The position numbers were made by a program, and so were the translations under genes. From Haliotis asinina (taxonomy: Eukaryota), in assembly GCF_037392515.1 (NCBI RefSeq), contig NC_090285.1, forward strand, positions 70,717,515-70,781,514: 64,000 nt of DNA, written 5' to 3'. Each line of letters begins with the position of its first letter. Within the stretch, counting starts at the first letter, position 1. Of the stretch, positions 21,542 to 32,383 are shown piece after piece. Below the pieces are notes generated by a model that was not told the DNA's origin, did no database searches, and saw only the letters and a list, made by a program, of their open reading frames with translations.

Positions 21542-23825
21542 GTGGGATTCACTGATTATTCACAATGAGTCAGAAGTCACTTAACCCTTGTGGATGCCAC
21601 AACATATATATCCTTCTTCTTCAACCGTCACTTTGAAGTCCTACAAAATTATTATATATCATGCACATAAATATACTATAGAGTTTTGAATTCTTCGCGA
21701 AATTCCCTGTTTTTTTTTATACCATCCACTGTTATCTCAGGCGAGGTTAAAGTGCTTCAAGTAACCTCTCAAAATTGGCTTCATCGTAAATGTCGCCTTT
21801 ATACACACAATACAAAATTGCGATTCACAGCATTATAACAACACTTATCATTCATCCCATATTCAGGGTGATTACTACAGTATGCTTGATTTCTTTATCC
21901 TGGTTTGGTATGCATACGAGTTCAAGTGTCCAATTATTTCCTACTTATGTAGCATCTACTGTAGAGTTTGCAAATAGTGTATGGAAGGAGGACCAGAAAG
22001 CATAGAATTTTGTTGGATTTACGTTAGAAAATGCCGTACATTTGGTAGCTTTATAGTAAATAAGTATTCCTTTGAAACCCTGTAAAAGTTGGTTTTATAT
22101 TGTTTTGGCTTGTATTATGTAGCATATATTTCACTATTAAAACACCAAATGAAGCGGATTGTTGTTTTTGCCTTGAAACCAAAGATAATGTTTTCGTGCA
22201 TCAAGGTTATGTTTCCTTCAGACAATACATCAAGCCAGGCGGATACTTTCTTCCATACTTTCGCTGTATGTCAGAATTCACACAGTAAATGTGTGATTGT
22301 TTCAGGGGCTTATTCACTGTTTACAAAATTATGTTTCATGAAGGCCGGTATTGAGATGCCAATTACATCATGTATATTTCATGTTCAACTGCAACAAATG
22401 CATCATTGAATTCCCAATACATCTTAAAGTCAAATGAGAACTGGTCCTTGTCAACAATACCAATTGTCTAAGTAAAACGAAATCAAATATATTGAGTGTG
22501 AAAACGAATGCTGTGCTTGAAATGTATACAAAGAACAATTCTGATTTTACACTACATAGCATTTCCGGAAATTTTCCGACATCCACCCATCTAATCATTG
22601 TTTACAATACATTTAGAAGATGCAGGGGAAGAGTATCGTAGCAAGAAATAGCAAATTAGAAATAGATACAATGCAATGATTTCATAATACATAAGAAACT
22701 GTCAAAGTTTCCATGCAGTGTGATACCATGACTGATGCAAAATCATGTTGAACAACCGTGGTACTTATTAACATTTCTAGCTTCTTCTGTTATTTACAAT
22801 GTAAATGATAAAAACATTTAATAAAACCCACATAGTAAGAATCATTGTGATTACATACATCACACTTTCATGTAGAAACGATCCCATAATTGAGGGAACA
22901 GTCCTCTCAAAATCCTGTGTATCCTTGTCAGCAAAGCTGCCATTTTGTAAGAAATAGGTCATTGGTAGTGTTGTCACACGTCAACATTGTTGCACATATT
23001 AGGCAATTTCTTTGAAGGTCGGTTAAACATCAATTGCCTTATCATTCTGATTACAATTTCAGTATTATGATGTATATTTACGTATTGTTCAGATATTTTT
23101 TAATGAAACTAATTTCAGTGGATATAGAGGGTATGCATTATTATACTTTGAAAGTTTTTTATTGTTTGAATAATATTTACATAGGAAATTGACACATTTA
23201 TTGCAGTATGCCACATTTTAAGCCTTTGCACAAGTGTTACAAACCACACGTAGCCATTACTGCAACATACTTTGGTTCCTATGGTGTACAATATTCAATA
23301 TGTTGGGACTAATATTGCAGTTTCATATGAACAGGTTGATAAACAATGATTTAATTCAACCTTAGAAAATATCAATGAAAAAAGCCACACATATTTGTTG
23401 GAATTGTCTTGTTCATTGAATTTATTTGTATTGTTTTAAAGACAAAACAATTATGAATACTGATTGACCAGATATGAGTTTTTCAACATTTTACTATTCA
23501 TCATCAGTGTTTTCGAACATACAATCAATTTAAATTTGATTAAAACATATTATGATGGCAAAGTATCTAATTCAAAGAATATTTATATCAAAATTGTTGA
23601 AGAATATAAACCAGGTCATGTTTTAATTTTGACAAACCTTACGTCCCTATTCTAATACAGTGGATGTCCTTAAAACTGGCATACCTCCAGTTTGGTCCTG
23701 GGAGAAGCTAGTTAATTATGTTTGTGACCAGTGAACAGCTTATATTGTATCTGCTGTCATTGTGTCTTTTCTCATACTTGTAAATAAATATTACTGCTTG
23801 TCATATATCTAGACAGAGCAAAGTG

Positions 23826-24489
23826 TTGTTGGACTGTTGTAGGCCTTACTAACCGTACTCCCAGTTGCAGTAAGATGTTTGTAGATGACTGACTTAGACT
23901 GATGTACTATGCAACACTACTGTTGGACTGTTGTAGGCCTTACTAACCGTACTCCCAGTTGCAGTAAGATGTTTGTAGATGACTGACTTAGACTGATGTA
24001 CTATGCAACACTACTGTTGGACTGTTGTAGGCCTTACTAACCGCACTCCCAGTTGCAGTAAGATGTTTGTAGATGACTGACTTAGACTGATGTACTATGC
24101 AACACTACTGTTGGACTGTTGTAGGCCTTACTAACCGCACTCCCAGTTGCAGTAAGATGTTTGTAGATGACTGACTTAGACTGATGTACTATGCAACACT
24201 ACTGTTGGACTGTTGTAGGCCTTACTAACCGCACTCCCAGTTGCAGTAAGATGTTTGTAGATGACTGACTTAGACTGATGTACTATGCAACACTACTGTT
24301 GGACTGTTGTAGGCCTTACTAACCGCACTCCCAGTTGCAGTAAGATGTTTGTAGATGACTGACTTAGACTGATGTACTATGCAACACTACTGTTGGACTG
24401 TTGTAGGCCTTACTAACCGCACGCCCAGTTGCAGTAAGATGTTTGTAGATGACTGACTTAGACTGATGTACTATGCATCACTACTGCAG
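23826..24489. repeat. Minisatellite, 94-bp unit with about 7 copies. The last copy is mutated into the acceptor of exon 14.
   Basis: gttggactgttgtaggccttactaaccg.actcccagttgcagtaagatgtttgtagatgactgacttagactgatgtactatgcaacactact repeats. The final unit reads ...tatgcatcactactgcag|GTGATAG. Confidence 0.85.
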
Positions 24490-24714
24490 GTGATAGTTCT
24501 CCAGGAGTACTACAACAACAGTGACACTGCTGTGGAGGCCAAGTATGTGTTTCCTCTAGATGACATGGCGGCTGTGTGTGGCTTTGAAGCGTTCATCAAT
24601 GACAAGCACATTGTAGGCGAGGTCAAAGAGAAGGAGCAAGCTCACAAGGAATACAGGAAGGCTGTCAGTGAGGGTCATGGAGCTTATCTGATGGACAGAG
24701 ATGAAGAGACACCG
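24490..24714 (+). CDS. PARP4: PARP4 exon 14 (VIT domain, N-terminal part)
   Basis: VIVLQEYYNNSDTAVEAKYVFPLDDMAAVCGFEAFINDKHIVGEVKEKEQAHKEYRKAVSEGHGAYLMDRDEETP resembles vertebrate VIVFQTYTNKSHVPIEAKYIFPLDDKAAVCGFEAFINGKHIVGEIKEKEEAQQEY.EAVTQGHGAYLM. Donor CCG|gtaagt. Confidence 0.85.
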
Positions 24715-25200
24715 GTAAGTATGGGTGAAGGTCAGCAGTGAGGGTCATGGAGCTTATCTGATGGACTGAGATGAAGAGACACCGGTAAGTATGGGTGAAG
24801 GTCAGCAGTGAGGGTCATGGAGCTTATCTGATGGACTGAGATGAAGAGACACCGGTAAGTATGGGTGAAGGTCAGCAGTGAGGGTCATGGAGCTTATCTG
24901 ATGGACTGAGATGAAGAGACACCGGTAAGTATGGGTGAAGGTCAGCAGTGAAGGTTATGTTGCTTATCTGATGGACACAGATGAAGAGACACTGATAAGT
25001 TTGGGTGAAGATCAATACTGAAGTTCGTGGAGGTGATCTGATGGACAGAGATGAAGAGACCAGTAGGTTTGGGAGAAGGTCAGTAGTGAGGGTCGTGGAG
25101 GTGATCTGATGGACAGAGATGAAGAAAGAAAGGTAAGTTCAGTCACCAGTGAAGGTTTTGGGGTGTGTCATAATGGAAGGTCATTTAGCCTTTCTGATGG
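24645..25200. repeat. 70-bp tandem array of about 6 copies that duplicates the last 45 nt of exon 14 plus its GT donor
   Basis: The unit ...agtgagggtcatggagcttatctgatggac(a/t)gagatgaagagacaccg|gtaagtatgggtgaaggtcagc repeats at 24715, 24785, 24855 and 24925, then degenerate copies. Copies 2-4 carry TGA (ggacTgag) and the read-through frame hits CAG CAG TGA. Confidence 0.85.
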
Positions 25201-25339
25201 ACAGACATGTTAAGGTGGCAGTAAGTTAGAGGTGAAGATGTGACAGGGATGTTGTGTGGGAAGGTGATTACTGAAAGGTAGCAAGCCATATTGGTTTTGC
25301 TATAAATACTAAAACCAGTTTCTGTGTTTAATGTTTCAG

Positions 25340-25504
25340 GATGTTTTTACAGTGAGTGTTGGCAACCTCCCACCCCATGCATCTGTCCTCATCAAGATTA
25401 CTTATGTAGCTGAGCTACAGGTCGAAGCAGAACTTATAAGTTTCCGGTTACCAGGCAGTGTGGCACCATGGAAACAAGACTCCGCTGCTGCTGAAATCAC
25501 TCAG
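25340..25504 (+). CDS. PARP4: PARP4 exon 15 (VIT domain)
   Basis: Acceptor tttcag|GAT. DVFTVSVGNLPPHASVLIKITYVAELQVEAELISFRLPGSVAPWKQDSAAAEITQ resembles vertebrate DVFTVSVGNLPPKAKVLIKITYITEL...ATVAPWQQD. Donor CAG|gtacgc. Confidence 0.85.
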
Positions 25505-25711
25505 GTACGCATTCTGACACTAAGACTGTGTGCTTATGAAATAATTGCAACTGTGAAAGTATGGAATTTTCATTGTTTGAATTTTCTCACGATGATGAAA
25601 TATGATGATATGTTTTGTTTTGTTTTATATAGATGTTCTTATGCATATTATTTAGAAACACTTCTTGTGTTGCTGGTTTGAAGATTTTTCAGTTGTTGCT
25701 AATGGTTACAG

Positions 25712-25825
25712 ACTGAGGTAGAAACACACAAGGTTCAGTCAGGAGACACTACTGTGCAGGTTGCTGTGGAGATGCCTTTTGACATTCGCTCAATACAGTG
25801 TCCCTCACACAAAATCAGAATGAAG
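25712..25825 (+). CDS. PARP4: PARP4 exon 16
   Basis: Acceptor ttacag|ACT. TEVETHKVQSGDTTVQVAVEMPFDIRSIQCPSHKIRMK resembles vertebrate ..SFSLTMSIEMPYVIEFI.SDTHELKQK. Donor AAG|gtgaga. Confidence 0.7.
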
Positions 25826-26509
25826 GTGAGAAACACTCAAGCATTTTCAGATTTTTATTGATTTCAGAGGTGGTTTTAAAATTCATAGAAAGACTGCAGT
25901 CTAATCTATGTTTCATTCTCAATAAACATTTGCCTGGGGACTGTTAAACCTGTTCATTATGTATGACAAGTGAAAAATAAAATTTACTTACCATGTAGTT
26001 CTGTTTTTAGCCCACCTTTTTCAATAATATCAATTATTTCTGTTGCCATTGGGGGAAGTTTGAATTTCTCATGGTAAAAGATTGAAATGCCCAGTAATCG
26101 AAACAGGCAGATATTTGAATCTCATGAATATATACTGGACAAAAATAGTTAAGGATATATATAAATTTTGAAATTATGAATAATTATCTATTTATTCCTT
26201 GACACACTGATGAAATATCAGTCATAAAAGTACCAATATCCCTAATTTATTTTGTCCAGCATGTATGGTGATCTGAAGTTATGTGGTTCAACATAAAGCT
26301 GTCCTTAGTGTAGTGATACTGGATCAATAGGATCTGAGAGTTGTGTATCGGTCATCTGCCTATTTGTCTGTAGAGTAATGAAAGATGAAAGTTTTGTCTG
26401 GCACTATCATGAACTTTGCTCATCAGAATGGACAAGATTGATGATAAATGAAAAGTGTGATATGTTTTAAGAATTTAGTGACAGAGTCCACCTGGAAACA
26501 CTAGTATCA

Positions 26510-27483
26510 CATAGTCCTGTCATGTAGTGCTGTCATGTAGTTGTGTCTTGTAGTGCTGTCAGGTGTCTACTCATGTAACTGTTGGTCTACAGTGTCTACT
26601 CATGTAGCTGTTGGTCTACAGTGTCTACTCATGTAACTGTTGGTTTATAGTTTCTACTCATGTAACTGTTGGTTTATAGTTTCTACTCATGTAACTGTTG
26701 GTTTATAGTTTCTACTCGTGTAACTGTTGGTTTATAGTTTCTACTCATGTAGCTCTTGGTCTGTAGTGTCTACTCATGTAACTGTTGGTTTATAGTTTCT
26801 ACTCATGTAGCTGTTGGTTTATAGTTTCTACTCATGTAACTATTGGTTTATAGTTTCTACTCATGTAACTGTTGGTTTATAGTTTCTACTCATGTAACTG
26901 TTGGTTTATAGTTTCTACTCATGTAACTGTTGGTTTATAGTTTCTACTCGTGTAGCTGTTGGTTTATAGTTTCTACTCATGTAACTGTTTGTCTGTAGTG
27001 TCTACTCATGTAACTGTTGGTTTATAGTTTCTACTCATGTAACTGTTGGTCTACAGTGTCTACTCATGTAACTGTTGGTTTATAGTTTCTACTCATGTAA
27101 CTGTTGGTTTATAGTTTCTACTCGTGTAACTGTTGGTTTATAGTTTCTACTCGTGTAACTGTTGGTTTATAGTTTCTACTCGTGTAGCTCTTGGTCTGTA
27201 GTGTCTACTCATGTAATTGTTGGTTTATAGTTTCTACTCATGTAACTGTTGGTCTGTAGGGTCTACTCATGTAACTGTTGGTCTGTAGTGTCTACTTATG
27301 TAACTGTTGGTCTGTAGTGTCTACTCGTGTAGCTGTTGGTCTGTAGTGTCTACTCGTGTATCTGTTGGTCTGTAGTGTCTACTCATGTAGCTGTTGGTCT
27401 GTAGTGTCTACTCATGTAGCTGTTGGTCTGTAGTGTCAACTCATGTAGCTGTTGGTCTGTAGTGTCTACTCATGTTCCTCCAG
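26510..27483. repeat. Minisatellite, 29-bp unit with about 32 copies. Its final unit forms the acceptor of exon 17.
   Basis: Units of the form (g/t)tctactcatgtaactgttggtttatagt and gtctactcatgtagctgttggtctgtagt. The last unit is mutated to gtctactcatgttcctccag|AGAACTG. Confidence 0.85.
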
Positions 27484-27621
27484 AGAACTGCTGCTAAGGC
27501 GGTTGTGGAGATGTGTGATGGACAGTCAATACAAGATGGCTTCCACCTCCTGATTGGGCTGGCTGAGATACACGTGCCTCGGATGTGGGTTGAGAGACAT
27601 CCGGACAAGGACATGCATCAG
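27484..27621 (+). CDS. PARP4: PARP4 exon 17
   Basis: RTAAKAVVEMCDGQSIQDGFHLLIGLAEIHVPRMWVERHPDKDMHQ resembles vertebrate ..CKAVISTMEGSSLD.SGFSLHIGLSAAYLPRMWVEKHPEKE. Donor CAG|gtaggc, phase 0. Confidence 0.8.
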
Positions 27622-28110
27622 GTAGGCTGGCAGGGGAATGATTGTATGGTTTGTGGATGGAGAGACATGCATCAGGTAGGCTGGCAGGGGAATGATTGTA
27701 TGGTTTGTGGATGGAGAGACATGCATCAGGTAGGCTGGCAGGGGAATGATTGTATGGTTTGTGGATGGAGAGACATGCATCAGGTAGGCTGGCAGGGGAA
27801 TGATTGTATGGTTTGTGGATGGAGAGACATGCATCAGGTAGGCTGGCAGGGGAATGATTTTATGGTTTGTGGATGGAGAGACATGCATCAGGTAGGCTGG
27901 CAGGGGAATGATTGTATGGTTTGTGGATGGAGAGACATGCATCAGGTAGGCTGGCAGGGGAATGATTGTATGGTTTGTGGATGGAGAGACATGCATCAGG
28001 TAGGCTGGCAGGGGAATGATTTTATGGTTTGTGGATGGAGAGACATGCATCAGGTAGGCTGGCAGGGGAATGATTGTATGGTTTGTGGATGGAGAGACAT
28101 GCATGAACCA
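27604..28110. repeat. 54-bp tandem array of about 9.5 copies that reiterates the exon 17 3' end plus its GT donor, in frame
   Basis: The unit acatgcatcag|gtaggctggcaggggaatgattgtatggtttgtggatggagag repeats. Each copy carries CAG|gtaggc at codon phase 0. The exon frame stays open through all copies (the 252-aa ORF at 27472-28230, encoding VGWQGNDCMVCGWRDMHQ per unit). Confidence 0.85.
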
Positions 28111-28235
28111 GGGGATCAAAGCTGCATGTTGTATGTGTATTTTAATTGTTGTTGTTTTAGTAATATCATGTTGTGTCAGGTTCATGTTGAATATTCTCTC
28201 CCTATTTTTTCTTTGATCTTCATTCTGTAATCTAG

Positions 28236-28422
28236 GCCTGCATGTTGACATTTTACCCTGAGTTTGAAGCGGATGAGGATGATGATGTGGAGATTGTGTT
28301 CCTCCTTGACCTCTCCAACTCCATGTCAGGTGATGCAGTGCTGGATGCCAAGAAGCTGTTGATGATGTTGCTGCACAACTTGCCACCACGCTCCACCTTC
28401 AACGTCCTCTGCTTCGGAACAG
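28236..28422 (+). CDS. PARP4: PARP4 exon 18 (start of the vWA domain, with a MIDAS-like DxSxS motif)
   Basis: Acceptor atctag|GCC. ACMLTFYPEFEADEDDDVEIVFLLDLSNSMSGDAVLDAKKLLMMLLHNLPPRSTFNVLCFGTG resembles vertebrate EACMLVFQPDLD...VIICLDCSSSMEGVTFLQAKQIALHAL.....VNIIQFGTG. Donor G|gtcagt, phase 1. Confidence 0.8.
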
Positions 28423-28573
28423 GTCAGTTTCATCCACGCAATGTGTTGCTAAGGGTGCGATTTGATGATCAATTGATGAAAAGATGTGGACAGATAGATC
28501 ATTATTAATGATATTGGGAGCACTGGGAGTAATGTTTGAGTAACCATGGACATGGTATTGGTGATGTTGTCAG

Positions 28574-28647
28574 GTCACCGGGAGCTGTTCCCAACCAGCC
28601 AGCCCAACACAAACACCAACATCCATTCTGTGGAGACATTCCTCAAG
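28574..28647 (+). CDS. PARP4: PARP4 exon 19 (vWA domain)
   Basis: Acceptor gtcag|GT. (G)HRELFPTSQPNTNTNIHSVETFLK resembles vertebrate YKELFSYPKHITSNTMAAEFIM. Donor AAG|gtgggt. Confidence 0.65.
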
Positions 28648-28649
28648 GT

Positions 28650-29507
28650 GGGTGGAATCTTGTTGCCAAACAACCATGACACTTTTTGGATAATTTCAAC
28701 GGGATTCCAGTCAGTTAACTTCTGCTTTTGTCTGTATCAGTACAGTAATTGTAAACTCTGTTGTCAGGGGAGTCCAGTCAGTTAACTTCTACTTTTGTCT
28801 GTATCAATACAGTAATTGTAAACTGTGTTGTCAGGGGAGTCCAGTCAGTTAACTTCTACTTTTGTCTGTATCAATACAGTAATTGTAAACTGTGTTGTCA
28901 GGGGAGTCCAGTCAGTTAACTTCTACTTTTGTCTGTATCAATACAGTAATTGTAAACTGTGTTGTCAGGGGAGTCCAGTCAGTTAACTTCTACTTTTGTC
29001 TGTATCAATACAGTAATTGTAAACTGTGTTGTCAGGGGAGTCCAGTCAGTTAACTTCTACTTTTGTCTGTATCAATACAGTAATTGTAAACTGTGTTGTC
29101 AGGGGAGTCCAGTCTGTTAACTTCTACTTTTGTCTGTATCAATACAGTAATTGTAAACTGTGTTGTCAGGGGAGTCCAGTCAGTTAACTTCTACTTTTGT
29201 CTGTATCAATACAGTAATTGTAAACTCTGTTGTCAGGGGAGTCCAGTCAGTTAACTTCTACTTTTGTCTGTATCAATACAGTAATTGTAAACTGTGTTGT
29301 CAGGGGAGTCCAGTCTGTTAACTTCTACTTTTGTCTGTATCAATACAGTAATTGTAAACTGTGTTGTCAGGGGAGTCCAGTCTGTTAACTTCTACTTTTG
29401 TCTGTATCAATACAGTAATTGTAAACTGTGTTGTCAGGGGAGTCCAGTCAGTTAACTTCTACTTTTGTCTGTATCAATACAGTAATTGTAAACTGTGTTG
29501 TCAGGTG
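28650..29507. repeat. Minisatellite, 68-bp unit with about 12.5 copies, beginning within a few bp of the exon 19 donor
   Basis: ggggagtccagtcagttaacttctacttttgtctgtatcaatacagtaattgtaaactgtgttgtcag repeats. Each unit ends in an acceptor-like tgttgtcag. Confidence 0.85.
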
Positions 29508-30067
29508 GTTATTTATGGAATGGGACTTTGTTAGTTTCATGAAAATAAGATCTTGCCTTTTCATTGTCTTCCCATAATGCACATGCTCTATGGCAGTGGC
29601 ATGCAAATTCATATATTTTCATCAGTTTAGTAGCCTGGAAAGGTGTTACGGTAAGTGTGTCTGTGTAGTATCTTAGATGTACTCCACACCTATGACCAGA
29701 AGTGTTAATTTTCATTGTGTAGATGTCAGAAATTTAAATATCCTCTTGTACTTCAATGCTACTTAGCAGTATTTGATTTGACTAGCAATATTTTATGTTT
29801 GGCCATCAGGACACGAACTGTTCACTTCCTGTTCATAGTTTGACCTGTCATCATGACATTATGACATGCAGCATTGAATGTAGAAATGCATGGGCAGGTG
29901 ACTTAAGGATCTAGTTGTACTATTGAGATTGACTGGAATGGGGGATCAGATGATATTTTTGGATGCGGTAACTGAGGTGAAGCTTTTAGGTTGAATAATG
30001 GTAATGTTATGGTTAGTCATCATTTTACTGGGGTAGGAATTAGTTGGTGGCTGATCTTGTCGTGCAG

Positions 30068-30255
30068 ACGGCGTGGGCAGACATGGGCAACACAGAGGTG
30101 TTTAAACCCCTCCACTCTTACCACCTGCTAGCCTCCACCACAGCAACACGGAACATCTTCATCATCAGCGATGGACACATCAACAATGAGGACAGTGTTC
30201 TCAATGCCGTCCTCAACAACACTAATCATACTCGAGTCTTCACATTTGGTGTCAG
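30068..30255 (+). CDS. PARP4: PARP4 exon 20 (vWA domain)
   Basis: Acceptor cgtgcag|ACG. TAWADMGNTEVFKPLHSYHLLASTTATRNIFIISDGHINNEDSVLNAVLNNTNHTRVFTFGV resembles vertebrate TPTMGNTDFWKTLRYLSLLYPARGSRNILLVSDGHLQDESLTLQLVKRSRPHTRLFACGI. Donor AG|gtatga, phase 2. Confidence 0.75.
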
Positions 30256-30665
30256 GTATGAGATGAGTTGACTTGTGTCGCTTTATCAGTAACAAGGAGG
30301 TAAACCATAGGATACTGGTTCATGGATGTAGGCTGTTGCATAGACCTCTCAGTGTTTAGTCTTCTTATCATCGCTTGGCTTGTGGTTTGGTTTTTCTCTT
30401 GAGCTTCAAGAGATTATTACCTCCCAGGGTCATTTCAGTTAGGTTTACTCAAACAAATGAGGAGACATATTTAAAATTAGTTGTACTTAAACTGCTGTCA
30501 AAAGTGAGGCTCAGTCACTTCCAGCAGCAAAACATGGATGGAATTGATGTTGAGCTTATTAGTACTACCACACAACATGATACTGTTTTAGTTAGAGTAC
30601 ATGTATGATAGTGTACTGTCAGTCTTGTCTGATCCCATGTACTGATTTCTTGTGTATTTCTCTAG

Positions 30666-30765
30666 TTCCACTGCCAACATGCACCTCCTGCGAGCCATTG
30701 CCAGAGTTGGAGGGGGAGCATTTGAGTTCTTTGACAGGAAAGCCAAATCTAAGTGGGAGAGGAAG
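30666..30765 (+). CDS. PARP4: PARP4 exon 21 (vWA domain)
   Basis: Acceptor tctag|T. (S)STANMHLLRAIARVGGGAFEFFDRKAKSKWERK resembles vertebrate GSTANRHVLRILSQCGAGVFEYFNAKSKHSWRKQ. Donor AAG|gtaagc. Confidence 0.75.
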
Positions 30766-30904
30766 GTAAGCTGTGGTAGCATCACTCAACCCTGTGTGGA
30801 GTGTTCATCCACTTCTAGTTATCCCCTGCAATGCGTTTAAAATGTTTAGCATGGGGTTTAGAATGGACTCCACCCATCAGTGCATTTGACAGTGCATGCA
30901 TGCA

Positions 30905-31093
30905 TCTGTGCTCATTTGTCTAAATCTCACCACTCTGGCACTTATCTCACCACTCTGGTGTATCTTATCTCACCACAATAGGATGGCATATCTCACCACT
31001 CTGGTGTGTCTTATCTCACCACTTATCTCACCACTTATCTCACCACTCTGGTGTGTCGTTTCTCACCACTTATCTCAAGCCTTCCATCAACAG
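30905..31093. repeat. Short-unit tandem repeat (about 24 bp; tatctcaccactctggtgtgtct variants) running up to the exon 22 acceptor
   Basis: About 7 degenerate copies ending ...tctcaagccttccatcaacag|GTGAAG. Confidence 0.7.
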
Positions 31094-31264
31094 GTGAAGT
31101 CTCAGCTGAGTAAGGCCTCCCAGCCAGGTCTGACCTCTGTGGCAGTTGAGTGGCAACAATTTGACAGTGATGCAGCAACATTGCCACAAGCTCCACGGCA
31201 GATCACAGCTCTATTCAACGGCTCACGGCAAGTTGTGTATGGACTGGTACCTAACTGCACCATG
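31094..31264 (+). CDS. PARP4: PARP4 exon 22
   Basis: VKSQLSKASQPGLTSVAVEWQQFDSDAATLPQAPRQITALFNGSRQVVYGLVPNCTM resembles vertebrate IEDQMTRLCSPSCHSVSVKWQQLNPDVPEALQAPAQVPSLFLNDRLLVYGFIPHCTQ. Donor ATG|gtgggt. Confidence 0.75.
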
Positions 31265-31360
31265 GTGGGTATATATGTGTAGTAAATGTGTTAATGTTTT
31301 ATGATGATGATGAAGATGATGACGACAATAATGATGATATTTGCGACTGTTTCAATGTAG

Positions 31361-31441
31361 GCAACCTTGAAGGCTGTTGTCGGGGGACAGGAAGTGTCAA
31401 CAGTAGTCTCAACGTCTGAACTTAGCATCACAACAGGATTG
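31361..31441 (+). CDS. PARP4: PARP4 exon 23
   Basis: Acceptor aatgtag|GCA. ATLKAVVGGQEVSTVVSTSELSITTGL resembles vertebrate ATLCALIQEKEFRTMVSTTELQKTTG. Donor TTG|gtaaga. Confidence 0.65.
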
Positions 31442-31824
31442 GTAAGAGATTTTAATTTTGTTTATGTTTAAGGCGGAGAAGCAGAGTGTGGTGTTCAGGT
31501 TGCTGTAACAGAATCACCAATGGACATGTCTTCATTGTCCATGCATTTAATGACAATAAAATATTGATGCAATTACATTGATATCTTCTCATTATACATA
31601 ATCAGTTTTCATATTCCTATTTCATGTGTAACATTTAGATCAGGCCTACTGGCCTACAATCAAATGCTTTTCCTGTTTGTCCCATTGGTAGTCTCATACA
31701 GAATCATTATGCATCTATTTGTTGTAATCCCCACAATGTATCACAGATAAATCTTTAAATAAGAACAAATTTTGAAAAACAACTTCACCTGGTATCCACT
31801 GATCGCTGTATGTCTTGATTATAG

Positions 31825-31905
31825 ATCGTTCACCGACTGACAGCACGGGCACTTATACGAGACTGGGAGGATGGTATGCTGTCTGCAGATCGCACACAAC
31901 ATGAG
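31825..31905 (+). CDS. PARP4: PARP4 exon 24
   Basis: Acceptor attatag|ATC. IVHRLTARALIRDWEDGMLSADRTQHE resembles vertebrate MIHKLAARALIRDYEDGILHENETSHE. Donor GAG|gtcagt. Confidence 0.75.
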
Positions 31906-32281
31906 GTCAGTCCCATGATGCACTGTCACTTTTTTTCTTGAAACTGAAGAAATTAATTAATCTTTGTTTCTGAACCCATCTCTGCAACTTCAAATCTGTA
32001 TAAACGTAGAGAAGTTAAATTTTTCCAACAGATGTGTGGCTCTTGAGGAGGGAACTATATAATGCTGTTGAAATTATTTGGGGAAAATTTAAGGACAGTT
32101 ATCTCCTTAAAAAGTGTTTCTTTAAAAAATGAAGTCAATACATTTAAAAGGTTCTGCTTTTTGTTCCCTTGAAATATGTAGTAAACCCTTGTTGATGACG
32201 TTAGAGAATACTGTTGACAAATCTTGACCCTGAAGATACATGTGTTTATGATTCTTACCAACAAGTACCTGTATGTTGTAG

Positions 32282-32383
32282 ATGTTGAAACTGAATCTGA
32301 AGAACTATGTGATTGACTTGAGCAAGGAGTATTCCATTGTCACTCAGTTCACCAGCTTTGTTGCCATAGAAACCAGAGATGAG
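32282..32383 (+). CDS. PARP4: PARP4 exon 25
   Basis: Acceptor ttgtag|ATG. MLKLNLKNYVIDLSKEYSIVTQFTSFVAIETRDE resembles vertebrate MKKQTLKSLIIKLSKENSLITQFTSFVAVEKRDE. Donor GAG|gtaagt. Confidence 0.8.
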
